Positions 35,741-47,334 are shown, counted from the first letter of the stretch. The stretch is DNA of 64,000 bases from Felis catus (GCF_018350175.1 NC_058368.1:45820001-45884000), one strand, 5' to 3'. Numbers and translations are program-made. Notes: generated by a model from the sequence alone, not told the origin.

Positions 35741-37936
35741 TAGTCCATTGACATTTAGAGTACTGAAAGATATGAATTTATTGCCATTGTGCTACCTGTA
35801 GAATTGGAGTTTCTGGTGATGTTCTCTGGTCCTTTCTAGCTTTTGTTACTTTTGGTATTTTTGTTTTGTTTCATCTTTTCTCCCCTCAGAGAGTCCCCCT
35901 TAAAATTTCTTGCAGGGATGGTTTAGTGGTCATGAATTCCTTTAGTTTTTGTTTGGGAAACTCTTTATCTCTCCTATTTTGAATGACAGCCTTGCTGGAA
36001 AAAGAATTCTTGGTTGAATATTTTTCTGATTCAGCACACTGAATATATAATGTCACTCCTCTCTGGCTTGCCAAGTTTATGTGGATAGGTATGTATGCTG
36101 TAAACCTGATCTGTCTTTTCTTGTAGGTTAAGGACTTATTTCTCCCTTTCTGCTTTCATGATTCTTCCCCAGTACGTGTATATTTTGTAAATTTGACTAT
36201 GATATGCCTTGTTGACGGTTGGTTTTTGTTGAACCTAATGGGAGTTCTCTGTACTTCATGGATTTTGATGTCTGTTTCTTTCCCCAGGTTAGGAGAGTTT
36301 TTTGCTATGATTTGCTCACATACACCTTCCACCCCTTTTTCTCTCTCTTCATCTTCTGGGACTCCTATGATTTTGATGTTATTCCTTTCTAATGAGTCAC
36401 TGAGTTCTCGAATTCTTAAATCATGCTCCTTTGTCTTAGGTTCCCTCTTTTTTTCTGCTTCAGTATTCTCCATAATTTTGTCTTCTATATCGCTGATTCG
36501 CTGTTCTGCTTCATCCATTCTGGCCACCATAGCATGCATTTAAGATTGTATCTCAGTTGCAACATTTTAAATTTCATCCTGACTAGATTTTACTTCTTTT
36601 ATCTCCACAGAAAGGGATTCTATGCTTGTTTTCAAACCCAGCTAGTATTCTTATTATCATGATTCTAAATTCTAGTTCAGACATCTTGCTTATATCTGTG
36701 TTGATTAAATCCCTGCTGTCATTTCTTCCTGTTCTTTCCTTTGGGGTTTAATTCCTTCTTTTCATCATTTTGGAGGAAGAGAAAGAAGTAATAAAATAAA
36801 AAAATTAAAATTAAAAAATTAGAAAACAACACAAAAAATCAAATAAAGGAAGCTAGATCCTAGGTGTGTTTTGGTCTGGTTGTTGACAGAAGCTTTATAA
36901 TATAGAGAAAAAAAGGAAATAAAAAGGAGAAAAAAAGAAAGAAAACATTTAATTTTTTTATAAAAATGTAAAATATTTTTTTCTTTCTGTATCCAAGAAT
37001 AAGAAAAAAGAGAAAAACCATGAATAGATAGACCAGCAAACAGATTAAAATCCAAACGAAATTACATCCACTTTCCCCTAGAAGTCAAACTATGAAGCAC
37101 TTTATAGTCTGTTCACTAAGCCAGTGGAGAGAACTGTGGTCATCCTCTAGGACTAGGTTGCCACAGTTGGATGGCACTTGGTGTTATGGCTCCTTTCTCC
37201 ACTAGGTGGCACTGCTTAGCTTATTGATGTGGATCAGTGTGGCACGTGTACAGGTGTATGCACTGGTGCAGGAGAGGTGAAAATGACATCACCCAGCTTC
37301 CCAATCTTTAGCGTCAGAACTCTGCCCTTATCCACTGTCCATCAGGTACTCCTCCTTTGTCTCTGGCTTCTGTCCACTTCCCACTTCTACACTGTCCGTG
37401 ACCAAGCTGTCAGCGTGCCAGGCAGCACCTCTCTCCCGAATTTTATCTCAGATGGCGCTGTGCTTCCAAATCCCTCACTTCTGAGGGCCCTGTGGCTTAG
37501 GCCTGCTCTAATTCTCTGTGGGAGTGTCTCACTGAGCAATGGTCAGGTGTTGGGTTGCTCCCAGGAACACTCATGTGACCATGCTGCTGCAGGGGCCCCT
37601 GGGTGCCAGCCTGCCCCAGCAAAAGTTCCCATGATCGTGTAGCAGCAACAGTTCAGGAGATTATGGCAAATCACAACACTCAACTGGTGCCAAGTTTCAC
37701 TGCATCCCAGTGTCCTTGTTCCAACACGAGCAAACTTGCTGTTCTCCAGGGCCCACTGGGACCTTTTCCTGTGGGGCGGCTTCATGGCCTCTCCCAAGTG
37801 TCCTCCCAATTGGGGAACCACCTCTCTCTGTGTGGCCCAAGGACCCCTTAGACCTTGCTGTCTGCTCCTGGGGATTCCCTCTTCCCACTAGAGCTGCAGA
37901 ATTTCTGACTTTGTGCTCCTCTGTTTATAGAGTCCT

Positions 37937-38167
37937 TTTTTTTAAATTTTGTTAATGTTTTTATTTATTTTTGAGACAGAGAGAGACAGAACATGAGCAG
38001 GGGAGGGGCAGAGAGAGAGGGAGACACAGGCTCCAAAGGAGACACAGAATCCAAAGCAGGCTCCAGGCTCTGAGCTGTCAGCACAGAGCCTGATGTGGGG
38101 CTAGAACTCATGGACTGTGAGATCTTGACCTGAGCCCAAGTCGGACACTTAACTGACTGAGCCACCC
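37937..38167 (-). mobile_element. Can-SINE in L1 5'UTR, slightly 5'-truncated, with small internal duplication
   Basis: Perfect TSD ctgtttatagagtcct; lacks the ggggcgcct start; 'gagacacag..tccaaag' is repeated. Confidence 0.95.
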
Positions 38168-38955
38168 CTGTTTATAGAGTCCTAATGGTATTGAAACCCT
38201 CTCCTTTCTTCATTTTCCCTTTCTTGTTCAGACCCTTGTAGGTGCTTCCACTCTTTCTCTTTCTCTCCAGCTGCTTTCAGGAGTGCTTTTCCTGTACTCT
38301 CCCCCATGTCTCTGTCCTCTCTCCACAAACAAAAGCAGTTCCCTACCCTCTAGTGCTTCTCTCTCCCCCAGTTCACCTCTCCCTGCCACGTACCTGCTGA
38401 GTTCTGTGGCTCAAATTATGCAGATTGTTGCACTAATCCTCAAATCAATTTTCTAGCTGTACAAAATGGTTTGCTGCTGATGTTGCATTTCAAGGCTGAG
38501 AGAAGCAGAGAACTTCCACGCTGCTCTGACATTTTGGTCTCTCTCTTTTTCCCTGGTGTTAAAGTAAAACTTGTGAAAGATTTCAGTGTGGTTCTCAAAA
38601 GAAGAGAGGGAAACTTTTGAGGTTTCAAATAGTAGCCAATTCCACCTTAGTTCTCCTCTGGTTGGGAGTCTCTCTGGAAGATGTTTGCATTGGAAACAGA
38701 TGGAGCTCAACACAAGAAACTGAAATCATGACTCTCGACCAAGTTTAACAAAGAGAAGTTAAATCATTCTCCCAGGGGAAGGGAGAACGTGTATAATGTG
38801 TATGCTGGTATCTGGAGGAAGAAAACTAAATCACAGCATTCAAACAGCAGCATCTGAGGGTTTAGCTCTAAAATAGAACTAAAGCACACCAGGAATTGTG
38901 CAAGATAAACTACATAGATATATGAAGAAAATGTTACAATTTCTATTTATCATTA

Positions 38956-39096
38956 TTTTTTAATGTTTATTTATTTTTGAAAGAGAAAAAGGATGAAATG
39001 CTTCACAAATGACAGACATGTTATTTTTGTGTAGGGGCCGTGCTAATCTTTTCTGTATCTTTCTGATTTTAGTCCACATGCTGCTGAAGCAAGCAC
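38956..39096 (-). pseudogene. RNU6: U6 snRNA retropseudogene fused to a Can-SINE 3' tail
   Basis: Minus strand GTGCTTGCTTCAGCAGCA..ACTAAAATCAGAAAGATACAGAAAAGATTAGCACGGCCCCTAC..TTTGTGAAGCATTTCATCCTTTTT is diverged full-length U6 (39096-38986), followed by CTCTTTCAAAAATAAATAAACATTAAAAAA. Confidence 0.93.
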
Positions 39097-39849
39097 TCGA
39101 CTTATCTTTAATTTTTATTTTTAAAATGATAATCCCTTTAAGGTGTTTAAGTTTTTCATGCATTAATTGACATGGGAAGCTTTCTCAGGTCTTATTTCAT
39201 GTCTGTTGTGTTTATAATGGAAGGTTTGGAAGAGCAGGATTTCCACAATGAAGGAGCTATCCTCATGGGTTTGGTGTACTGCTCAACAGTCCATGTGTAT
39301 TTCCATAATTAAATGGATTTGCTACTTAATCATCAACCATTTTTAACTAAACTAACCCATACAAGATAGACAAGTGAGCTAAACAGGATGTCTACAAAAT
39401 ATGGATCGATGATAGTCCCAATGATTTAAGTACAGAAGGGCAACAAGGTTATAGCAGAGTTGGTTAGTTTATTGCTCAAAGCTCTCTTCATCTGCCTCAT
39501 TTTGAGGCAACACATTTGTGACATGACAATATCTAACAAGCTGTTCAAAATAATTCAAAGTTATCAGTTCAAAGGATTTGCAACTGAAAAGCAAATTGAA
39601 AAGTAGATTTACACCCACAGGTATTAGTAGCCTTGCCTTAAGTGTATATTTTCCCTTGAGATATCAATTATTGATAATATTAAGCCACTATTATTAGTGG
39701 CTCATATCAATGTAATTTTCTAAATATATTAGTATAAAAGTTCATAGTATAAAAGTTCATATATATGCTCTATACATCAATAAATATACATATAATATAT
39801 TGGAGGTATGTTATGTAAAAGTGTGGATACCAATTCAGAATATTTGGAT

Positions 39850-40060
39850 TCAATTTACAAAAGCACAAAAGTTGTCATTTCCACACAAACCTTTTCAGTT
39901 CTTATTTGAGAAAGATTCAAAAATGAAGGAGGAAAAAATCCTGGCAGTTTCCAAAGATAAAAAATAGATGAGTCCTCAAAGTAATTTCTTACAAAGTCAT
40001 TAAAAACTATCAGAATAGATAACTGCATCATCTTGAAATTTAGTTCATTTGCAAATCTTC
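39850..40060. repeat. Dispersed direct repeat, copy 1 (partner 41120-41347)
   Basis: Shared blocks tcatttccacacaaa, ctggcagttt.caaagataa, acaaagtc.ttaaaa, actg.atcatc, tttgcaaatcttc. Confidence 0.9.
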
Positions 40061-41119
40061 CTCTGGATGCTATGTGTCTATTTTTGCAGTCACACTGTAT
40101 GGTAGTTAGAGAAAAAGAAGGATGGACTGATCAAATTCAAGATCAGTTAGGTGTGGAAACCTAATTCATTTGGAATACATAGCCATGAGGTTCAGGGATG
40201 TTATAAGTCTCTAGGTTAGTGGCAAAGACTGGGTAAGGGATCATAGTCAAACTTGCAGAATTCTTTTGATTTGCACACTACTGGATTCCAAATGCTTTAC
40301 AGATCATATCCTTAAAATAATTGACATTAATATCATTTCACCATTACTACCACCACCACCAAAAACAACAAACGGCTAAAATTTTTAAAGTAAAACAAAC
40401 ACAGGGCATATATCAGGTTTTAGACTAGGCCTTTCCAGTTTCAATCCTCATAATTTTCAACAATATCAGCAGAGCCTAAATTATTCTGCCAAGACCCAAG
40501 GGTCCTTCAGGCACTGTTCGGATAGTGGGAGGCATTGAGTTTATTATAATTAACTTAATTAAACTCTCTGTTCATTTTTATAAGCAAAATTCTCTTCTAT
40601 ATTAGATTCTACTTTTCCATCACAAATGCTGAAATTAAGGATACTATCTGTTTCTGACAGTGTATAGTAACTTAATTTTTGTAAGTACTACTCCTCCTGT
40701 AGATGCTATAAACAATCTCCTTGCAGGGATTAAATGAATGGATAAAGATAGATTTGTAAGGCACAGATTTCTTAACATTTAGAACCAAAATGAGAATTTA
40801 GAGACAATGATAAGAAATGCATGATGCATCAATTTCTAATGAGATGTTTCAAGAAATTTAAATATCTCAGAAGAAAAAAGAGTCATTTAAATTGTTTATT
40901 TTTATCATAAAATAAAGCACACCTTACTAAAATTGCATTAATAAGTAAAATACCCTGTACTTGATACAGTACTTAGCTAACATATTCTGATTGCCACTCA
41001 TAAAGAAATTATGAATATTTTATCTTCTATCTCTATTGATAGAATTTTTAGTTCAATTCAATTGTACAATAAAACTACAATAAAATGGGTAAGCGTTTGA
41101 AAATATCCTTGAAGATTAC

Positions 41120-41347
41120 TCAACTTAGAAAAACATAAAATTCCTCATTTCCACACAAATATTTTTTAGGCTGCAAATGGATATTAAAACTGTTTATTTT
41201 AGAAATATTCAAGAACGTTAAAGAATACTGGCAGTTTTCAAAGATAAGATATGGATTAAATCTTTGAAGCATGCTCTCACAAAGTCGTTAAAAGTAACAA
41301 AACAGGTGACTGTATCATCCTCAAATTCAGTTCTTTTGCAAATCTTC
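41120..41347. repeat. Dispersed direct repeat, copy 2 (partner 39850-40060)
   Basis: Same shared blocks, offset 1270 then 1287 bp. Confidence 0.9.
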
Positions 41348-42250
41348 AATAAAATGTTTTTATATAAGTCTTTACGTTCTCTTTAAAAGTAATATCAGAG
41401 AAAACTATCCGCTTTTACTAGATTATCTTTTAGAATGGGAGACATAGAAAATCAGTAAATGAGGTTATATTACTAATTAGCATATTGTCTCCACTACCTA
41501 TAGTACGCTACAAAAAAATGTGGCTTCCATTTTATCACATAGATGAAACAGTTATCTTTCAGGGTTTGAAATTTCTGTGATCTTTATGCTTAATAAGCTC
41601 AGTAAAAGGCATTCAAATTACATCACTTTTGTCTTGGAAGTTAAATTGGGAAATATTGCATTCTCTGAGATGATAAACTCTGCAGAAGATAAATTATCAT
41701 GAGAAATAGTTTTAATTGATTTACCATAATAAAAGTTATGTGACTTTGAAGTGCAAATGACACATTAAAATGAATCTACAGTATGTTGATAATAAAGTGG
41801 CTTCTTTGTTAATGGAATTACTGACACCGCAGATGCTTTCAGGAGTGATGTCTTCTACTGTTAATCAAGAGACTTCAATGTAAAATGAATGTGCTGTTTA
41901 TTTAAATGCCAACCCACCTTTCTCACTTCTTGTTTCAGAGTAGTTCACTACTAAGGTCAGAGAAATGGAGATTCTGGTCATCATAGAGTCAGTAGTATTT
42001 TAGCTGCTCCACTTCTGCTTTTTGCCAAACATCTTGACTGCAATCCCAACTTCCCCCTGCATATGTGAATCAGAAAGACTGTCAGAGAAGAGGCACAGGA
42101 CAAAGTCCATGATGAAGTGCAAGATTAGATGTATCTATAAATATGTACATTAGTAATTTTTTTTCTCACATATAAACCTTAACAATACATGTTACAAAAG
42201 TTTCTAAACAAGAAGATTCAAAGGAAATTAGTTAATATTTTAGAATTTTT

Positions 42251-42476
42251 AAATTTTTCTTATGTTTTTTTTTAAAGTTTATTTATTTATTTTGAGAGAA
42301 AGAGAGCACACAAGTCATGGAGGGGCAGAGAGAGAGAGAGAGAGGGAGAGAGAGAATCCCAAGGAGGCTCCACACTGTCAGTGCAGAGCCTGATTGAACT
42401 CATGAACCATTGAGATCATGAACTGAGCCAAAGTCAAGAGCCAGATGCTTAACAGACTGTGTCACTGAGGCACCCC
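42251..42476 (-). mobile_element. Can-SINE
   Basis: SINEC body; TSD taga(a/g)ttttt. Confidence 0.93.
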
Positions 42477-42642
42477 TAGAGTTTTTTGTTTTAAAGACAG
42501 TAATAAAGTATTTCAAATTTACTCAATATTTCATTAAAATAATTTTTGGTGAAGTAACCATGATAGGGGACTTTACTTGCACTTTGACCTTAGTTTGTAC
42601 TTTCTAACTGATTAAATTCTTCTTTCCAGCTTATCTTTTAAC

Positions 42643-43032
42643 TGAAGCAAAAGACTCCAAGGACAAAGCATCCCGTGATGGAAACCAAAACTACCACCTC
42701 AAGCAATAACGACTGCCCTGATGTCAGCAAGACCCTACATGTTTGACCCCAAGAAAATGATGGACCTGACCTTTACTTCTCCCTGCATGGACCCACTAAC
42801 CTTTGTCCCTTATAGTCCTTATATAAGCCCAGAAATATTTTCAGCACTTTGGAGACAGCTTTGGGATATTAGTTCAGTGACTTCCTGATGTTGACCTCAC
42901 TGAAACATACTCCTTTCTCATTTCACTATGGTTGTCTTCGTGCCTTTGGATTTTGTCAATAACAACTGGTGAAATTTGGTTTGTTTGGGACCCTGAGAGC
43001 CAGGCACTCTTGCACCGTTGGCCCAGATTACA
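42643..43032 (+). mobile_element. ERV solo LTR, 390 bp
   Basis: TG...CA ends, TATA box 'tatataag' near 42819, flanks tttaac / tttaat (TSD-like). Confidence 0.75.
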
Positions 43033-45047
43033 TTTAATAATCTCTGACTACTCTTCTCCAATCATCTTCTACAAAAATTCATGTCAGCTTAGGTGTAGGA
43101 ATAGTTTGAACACTGTACTTGTTTGGTTTATTTGCCAATCATTGTGTCAGTCATACAACTGAAAATTATCAGTATATGATTCTACTTAACCAGGAACAGT
43201 ATATAGAAAAAAAGTTTAGTACTCTCAACCTCTGTTTTGTAACTGAAAATTAAAATCTCCTGCCATTCTCATCTTCTAAGAATTGTGAATTGGCTGGAGA
43301 GATGTGGAATGAGATGAGATGAGACAGGAGCACAGAAGTACCTTATGGTTGTTTCAGTGCAAGGCTCACTGAGTGTTACTGGAACAATATAGGATCCGCA
43401 AGATTAAACATCAGTTTACTTGCTCTGGGAAATTCTGAAGATTCATGCAGTGATATAAAGATTATTATCAATAGGAATTATAAATGTGAGAGCTATAAGA
43501 TCCAATAATGACACATTTAATAGCTATCAGTGACTGACATTCATGTGATCTTACATCTCAATAATTAACAAACATTTTCTTATTTAATAAATTCTTTACA
43601 CTAAATATAAAGCATTCACTCCCCCTATATTTTACAAAATGATAGTGAATTGCAAAATCCTGCTTTAAAGGCTCACTTGCATAAAGAAGAAAAACTGTAA
43701 GTTTTGTAAGTAACACTGTTTCCTGAGATAAAAATTTGACATGCTATGTGCATAGATTCTAAGAGAAGCTGGGCTAAAAAATAGTAATGCTTATATAACA
43801 GTAAAATACCTATAAAGGAAAAACACTTCAAAAACATACTATTTTAGAAGTGCTATGTAAACACTAAGTAACAGTAGTTTTCTTAGAGCCATTTTCAAAC
43901 CAGTAATATAATTTCTAGTATTTAACTAAAACAAATTTCAAACTAACTAACTAAACAGCATTTAACTAAAACAAATTTCAAAAGCAAATATTTGATATTT
44001 CAATTTAGAATTGTTTCTAAGGATTTTATTGTTTGATTTTTTAAAAAACATACTGTTAATCTGCTTTTTGGATGATTCTATCATCTAGATAGAATTTATT
44101 CTTTGGAGACTTATTACTTAATCCCGCAAAATACTGAGCTGTGGTTAAAATCGCAGAGGCAAACATCAGAAGTTTTCTAACGTGCATTCATTTACCAATT
44201 TGCACTACTCATGCATTCTTTATCCTTTCAACCTGGAAAGCTTCTATCTGATTTTTTTAGTGGCTGTTTAAACAAAAATAGATGTTTATCTCTTTAAAAT
44301 TTTGCCAGGAAGCTGTCACTTTCCCATTTACTCAAGCGATGTTGTGACAGAATGTGTCAGCTTCTCACACAAATGAAAAGAGATATAGACCTGTATTTAC
44401 TTTAGCTGAAAAATAAGTAGTCATCAATTCAGAGAAAAGTGTTTTCCCATCTGAAAAGATGAAGTAAATAGGAGTGGTTGAGAGAAGTAAGTATTTCCTA
44501 ATACATAAAAAGGCAGATGTAAACCAAACATACAACCCTGATCCATTTTGGGTTCTCATCCTAGAAGTGGATAATCTCATGGTATGTTGAAGTTGGTACT
44601 TCCCTACACGTCTTTTGCAGTATATGATTTTGTTTTAAAAAAGATAAATGTTTACGCAGTTAACCTTCCCACATTCTCTCCTGTGTAAGCTACAAGCTGC
44701 AGAAATTTAAATGGAAATAAGAAAAAATCATCTTTAAGAAATAGTTTTTGGAATCATATTAGATTCAAAACAAACATAATTGGTAGAGATTGGCCCCAAA
44801 CTTTGTACTCTATTAGGATACTTGAATTGATAATAATGATCTCACTAGACAATGAACATTAAACCTATGTTTCACTATATATTATTATGAAAATATTTCA
44901 TTATTATGAATTTCATAGAACCAAGTTTTATTAAAAATATTACTGAATGCATTGAAATGAATACTGACACTGAACAAAAAAATGGCAATGATAGGCTTTT
45001 GCTCAAAAGTGATTAGAGATGTGCAGTTAAACTGAAAGCCTCTGTAG

Positions 45048-45150
45048 ATTACTTAACTACGGGATACTTAAATTCTCTGGCTCTGTTTTCCCATCTGTTA
45101 AAAGGGGCAAAATGAAACCTATTTAATAAGATTGTATACGAATTCTATGA
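45048..45150 (+). mobile_element. MIR fragment
   Basis: 'atacttaaattctctggctctgttttcccatctgttaaaagggg' MIR core. Confidence 0.7.
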
Positions 45151-45167
45151 ATCTACAAGGTATTTCT

Positions 45168-45390
45168 TTTATTTTTTAAAAAATGTTTATTTATTTTGAG
45201 AGAGAGAGAGCACAGGCAAGTCAGAAAGGGGCAGAGACAGAGGGAGAGAGAGAATCCCAAACAGGCTCTGCATGGTTAGCACAGAACCCTAAGTGGGGGG
45301 GGCAGCATTCCATATCACCAACCAGGAGATCATGACCTGATCTGAAATGAAGAGTTAGATGCTTAACTGACTGAGCCACCCAGATGCCCC
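45168..45390 (-). mobile_element. Can-SINE
   Basis: TSD ta(c/a)aagg(t/c)atttct. Confidence 0.92.
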
Positions 45391-45405
45391 TAAAAGGCAT
45401 TTCTC

Positions 45406-45426
45406 ATATATATCTATCTATCTATC

Positions 45427-45491
<65 letters not shown>

Positions 45492-45512
45492 GTTCTCAAG
45501 ATTCAAATTTTC

Positions 45513-45544
<32 letters not shown>

Positions 45545-45549
45545 GTATA

Positions 45550-45586
<37 letters not shown>

Positions 45587-45606
45587 GAAAATTTGAATCT
45601 TGAGAA
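45406..45606. repeat. (TA)n tracts containing a 21-bp perfect inverted repeat
   Basis: ttctcaagattcaaattttca (45493-45513) / tgaaaatttgaatcttgagaa (45586-45606). Confidence 0.95.
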
Positions 45607-45707
45607 GTCATTTAGATTTTTCATTTCAATTGACAATTCAGTAATAGTTTAGAGGTACAACTTGAATATTTTAATTTGTCATTTTTCTTATCTAGGAAAG
45701 AAGAAAA

Positions 45708-45783
45708 GGGAAGGAAGGAAGGAAGGAAGGAAGGAAGGAAGGAAGGAAGGAAGGAAGGAAGGAAGGAAAGAAGGAAGGGAAGG
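45708..45783. repeat. (GGAA)n tetranucleotide microsatellite
   Basis: Directly visible. Confidence 0.95.
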
Positions 45784-45989
45784 CAGTGATCATTTTCCAA
45801 AGTGGCATATATGAATTTTAGGTATCCTTGAAAGTTATCTAAGGGATATTTGAGATTTCCATAAGTATATCTTACTTTCATGTTTTGATTTTAATATTAA
45901 ACTGAAAATTAATGTTAACATAAAACATTGTTAGCTGGAAAATTACTTAAATATAAGCATTAGTAAATCATTTTTACATTCTTGTCTTT

Positions 45990-46208
45990 TTCTATTTAAA
46001 AAAAAATTTAATCTTTATTTTTGAGAGAGAAAGAGACAGAGTGGCAGTGGGAGAGGAACAGGGAAAGAGGGACACACAGAATCTGAAGCAGGTTCCAGGA
46101 TCCGAGCCTTCAGCACAGAACCCAATGAGGCGCTTGACCTCACAAACCATGAGATCACGGCCTGAGCCCAAGTCAGACGCTTACCCAACTGAGCCACCCA
46201 GGCACCCC
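45990..46208 (-). mobile_element. Can-SINE
   Basis: TSD cattc(t/c)tgtcttt. Confidence 0.93.
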
Positions 46209-46871
46209 AGCATTCCTGTCTTTATGTTCATGATCTCACTAGTACCATCTCATAATATTTTTCATGTTTGTTATTGAGAAAGTGACAGGAATATTTAATA
46301 CATAAATACAAATTATTATAAAATGAAAGCAAAGTGATATCTTGATATGCAACAATAAAGTTCTGTAATGGTTAAAATAGAAGTGGTAAAATAATGCATT
46401 TAGAGTGAACACCTGGAATATAGTAGTACAGGCATGCCAAACTCCAAAGAATATGGCTATGGGAGTTATACCATATTTATAGTTTGAATGAGGTTTCAGT
46501 TTCAACCCTAAACACTTGTTTTTCAGTAAATTATTTTTTTCTAAATTTTATCTTTCTGTACTTTTGGTTGCATTTAAATTGCTTATTTATTTTGTTGCTA
46601 TTTTCAATACATTTTTTATGCAGATGGTTCTAGAATGTTTCTAAAGAAAAATAATTTCCTGCCACCTCCCACACATTTTCTACCTCTTAGAGGCAATGAA
46701 TTTCAACTATTATAGCTATTTCTTTTGGTATTTACCTCCATGTCTCCTAAAATGTAAGTATATTGTCTATTTTTTATTTCAAACTTGAATTTTTCTCCAT
46801 TATCTTCCACTGAGTAAGGTGAGACTTTAGCTCTCCTTCATGTACCCGCACCTCAGCACCTCCCAGCCCTA

Positions 46872-47048
46872 CAGTTGTCAGATATATCAAGTAAAACATA
46901 GGACAGCCTTACATTTGAATTTGACATGGAAAACTGAATATTTTTTAGTATAGATATGTTTTAAACCGTGTTTACTTACACACAAAAAAACTGCTGTTTG
47001 CCTGAAATTCAAATTTAACTGTGCATCCTGTATTTTACTTGGCAGCCC
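46872..47048. mobile_element. MER53-like palindromic hAT MITE
   Basis: 'gttgtcagat..aggacagccttacatttgaattt..ttttttagtata' and 'ctgaaattcaaatttaactgtgcatcctgtattttacttggcagcc'. Confidence 0.8.
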
Positions 47049-47334
47049 CCTTCCTCTCCAATCTTTCAATATCTTTATGTAAGCATTTGATGAGAGCATC
47101 AGTCATTGGGGACATGACTATGATCCTGTAAACTATTCACAGATGAGCCTTTATATTTGCAATGATTATTGTAACCTTCCTGGCACAATCTTTTGTTTTC
47201 TTTGGAATCTTTCTCTTAAACTTGTTAATTTGTATAGATATTAAACCTAGTTTATAGCCAAAATTTTTCTTAATAGCCCAAATCTTCTCTTGGTTCCCTC
47301 ACATGCCCCGAGTATTCCATAACTTTCTGTTTCT

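Larger units (their letters stand above)
30901..38540 (-). mobile_element. Full-length decayed felid LINE-1; ORF1 ~36768-35886, ORF2 ~35787-31480
   Basis: RT '[24 protein letters not shown]', '[37 protein letters not shown]', Cys domain '[27 protein letters not shown]'; TSD ct(t/c)t(g/c)tttttccct at 30887-30900 and 38541-38554; frameshifts and four SINE insertions. Confidence 0.97.

Noticed and set aside
31539..36539. ORFs with RT, zinc-knuckle and coiled-coil motifs as a novel RT system or an active L1
   Set aside because: Ordinary L1 ORF1/ORF2 pieces, broken by stops, frameshifts and SINE insertions
38986..39096. Functional U6 gene
   Set aside because: Many substitutions including the ACAGAGA box (ACAGAAA), plus a SINE tail and TSD, and no evident upstream PSE
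43921..43982. 22-bp direct repeat tttaactaaaacaaatttcaaa twice, and the TCTAGATA array, as CRISPR-like
   Set aside because: Mammalian DNA, only two copies or very short irregular spacers, no cas genes; simple local duplication
45384..45881. ORFs rich in IY or PSFL repeats
   Set aside because: Translation of (TA)n and (GGAA)n microsatellites
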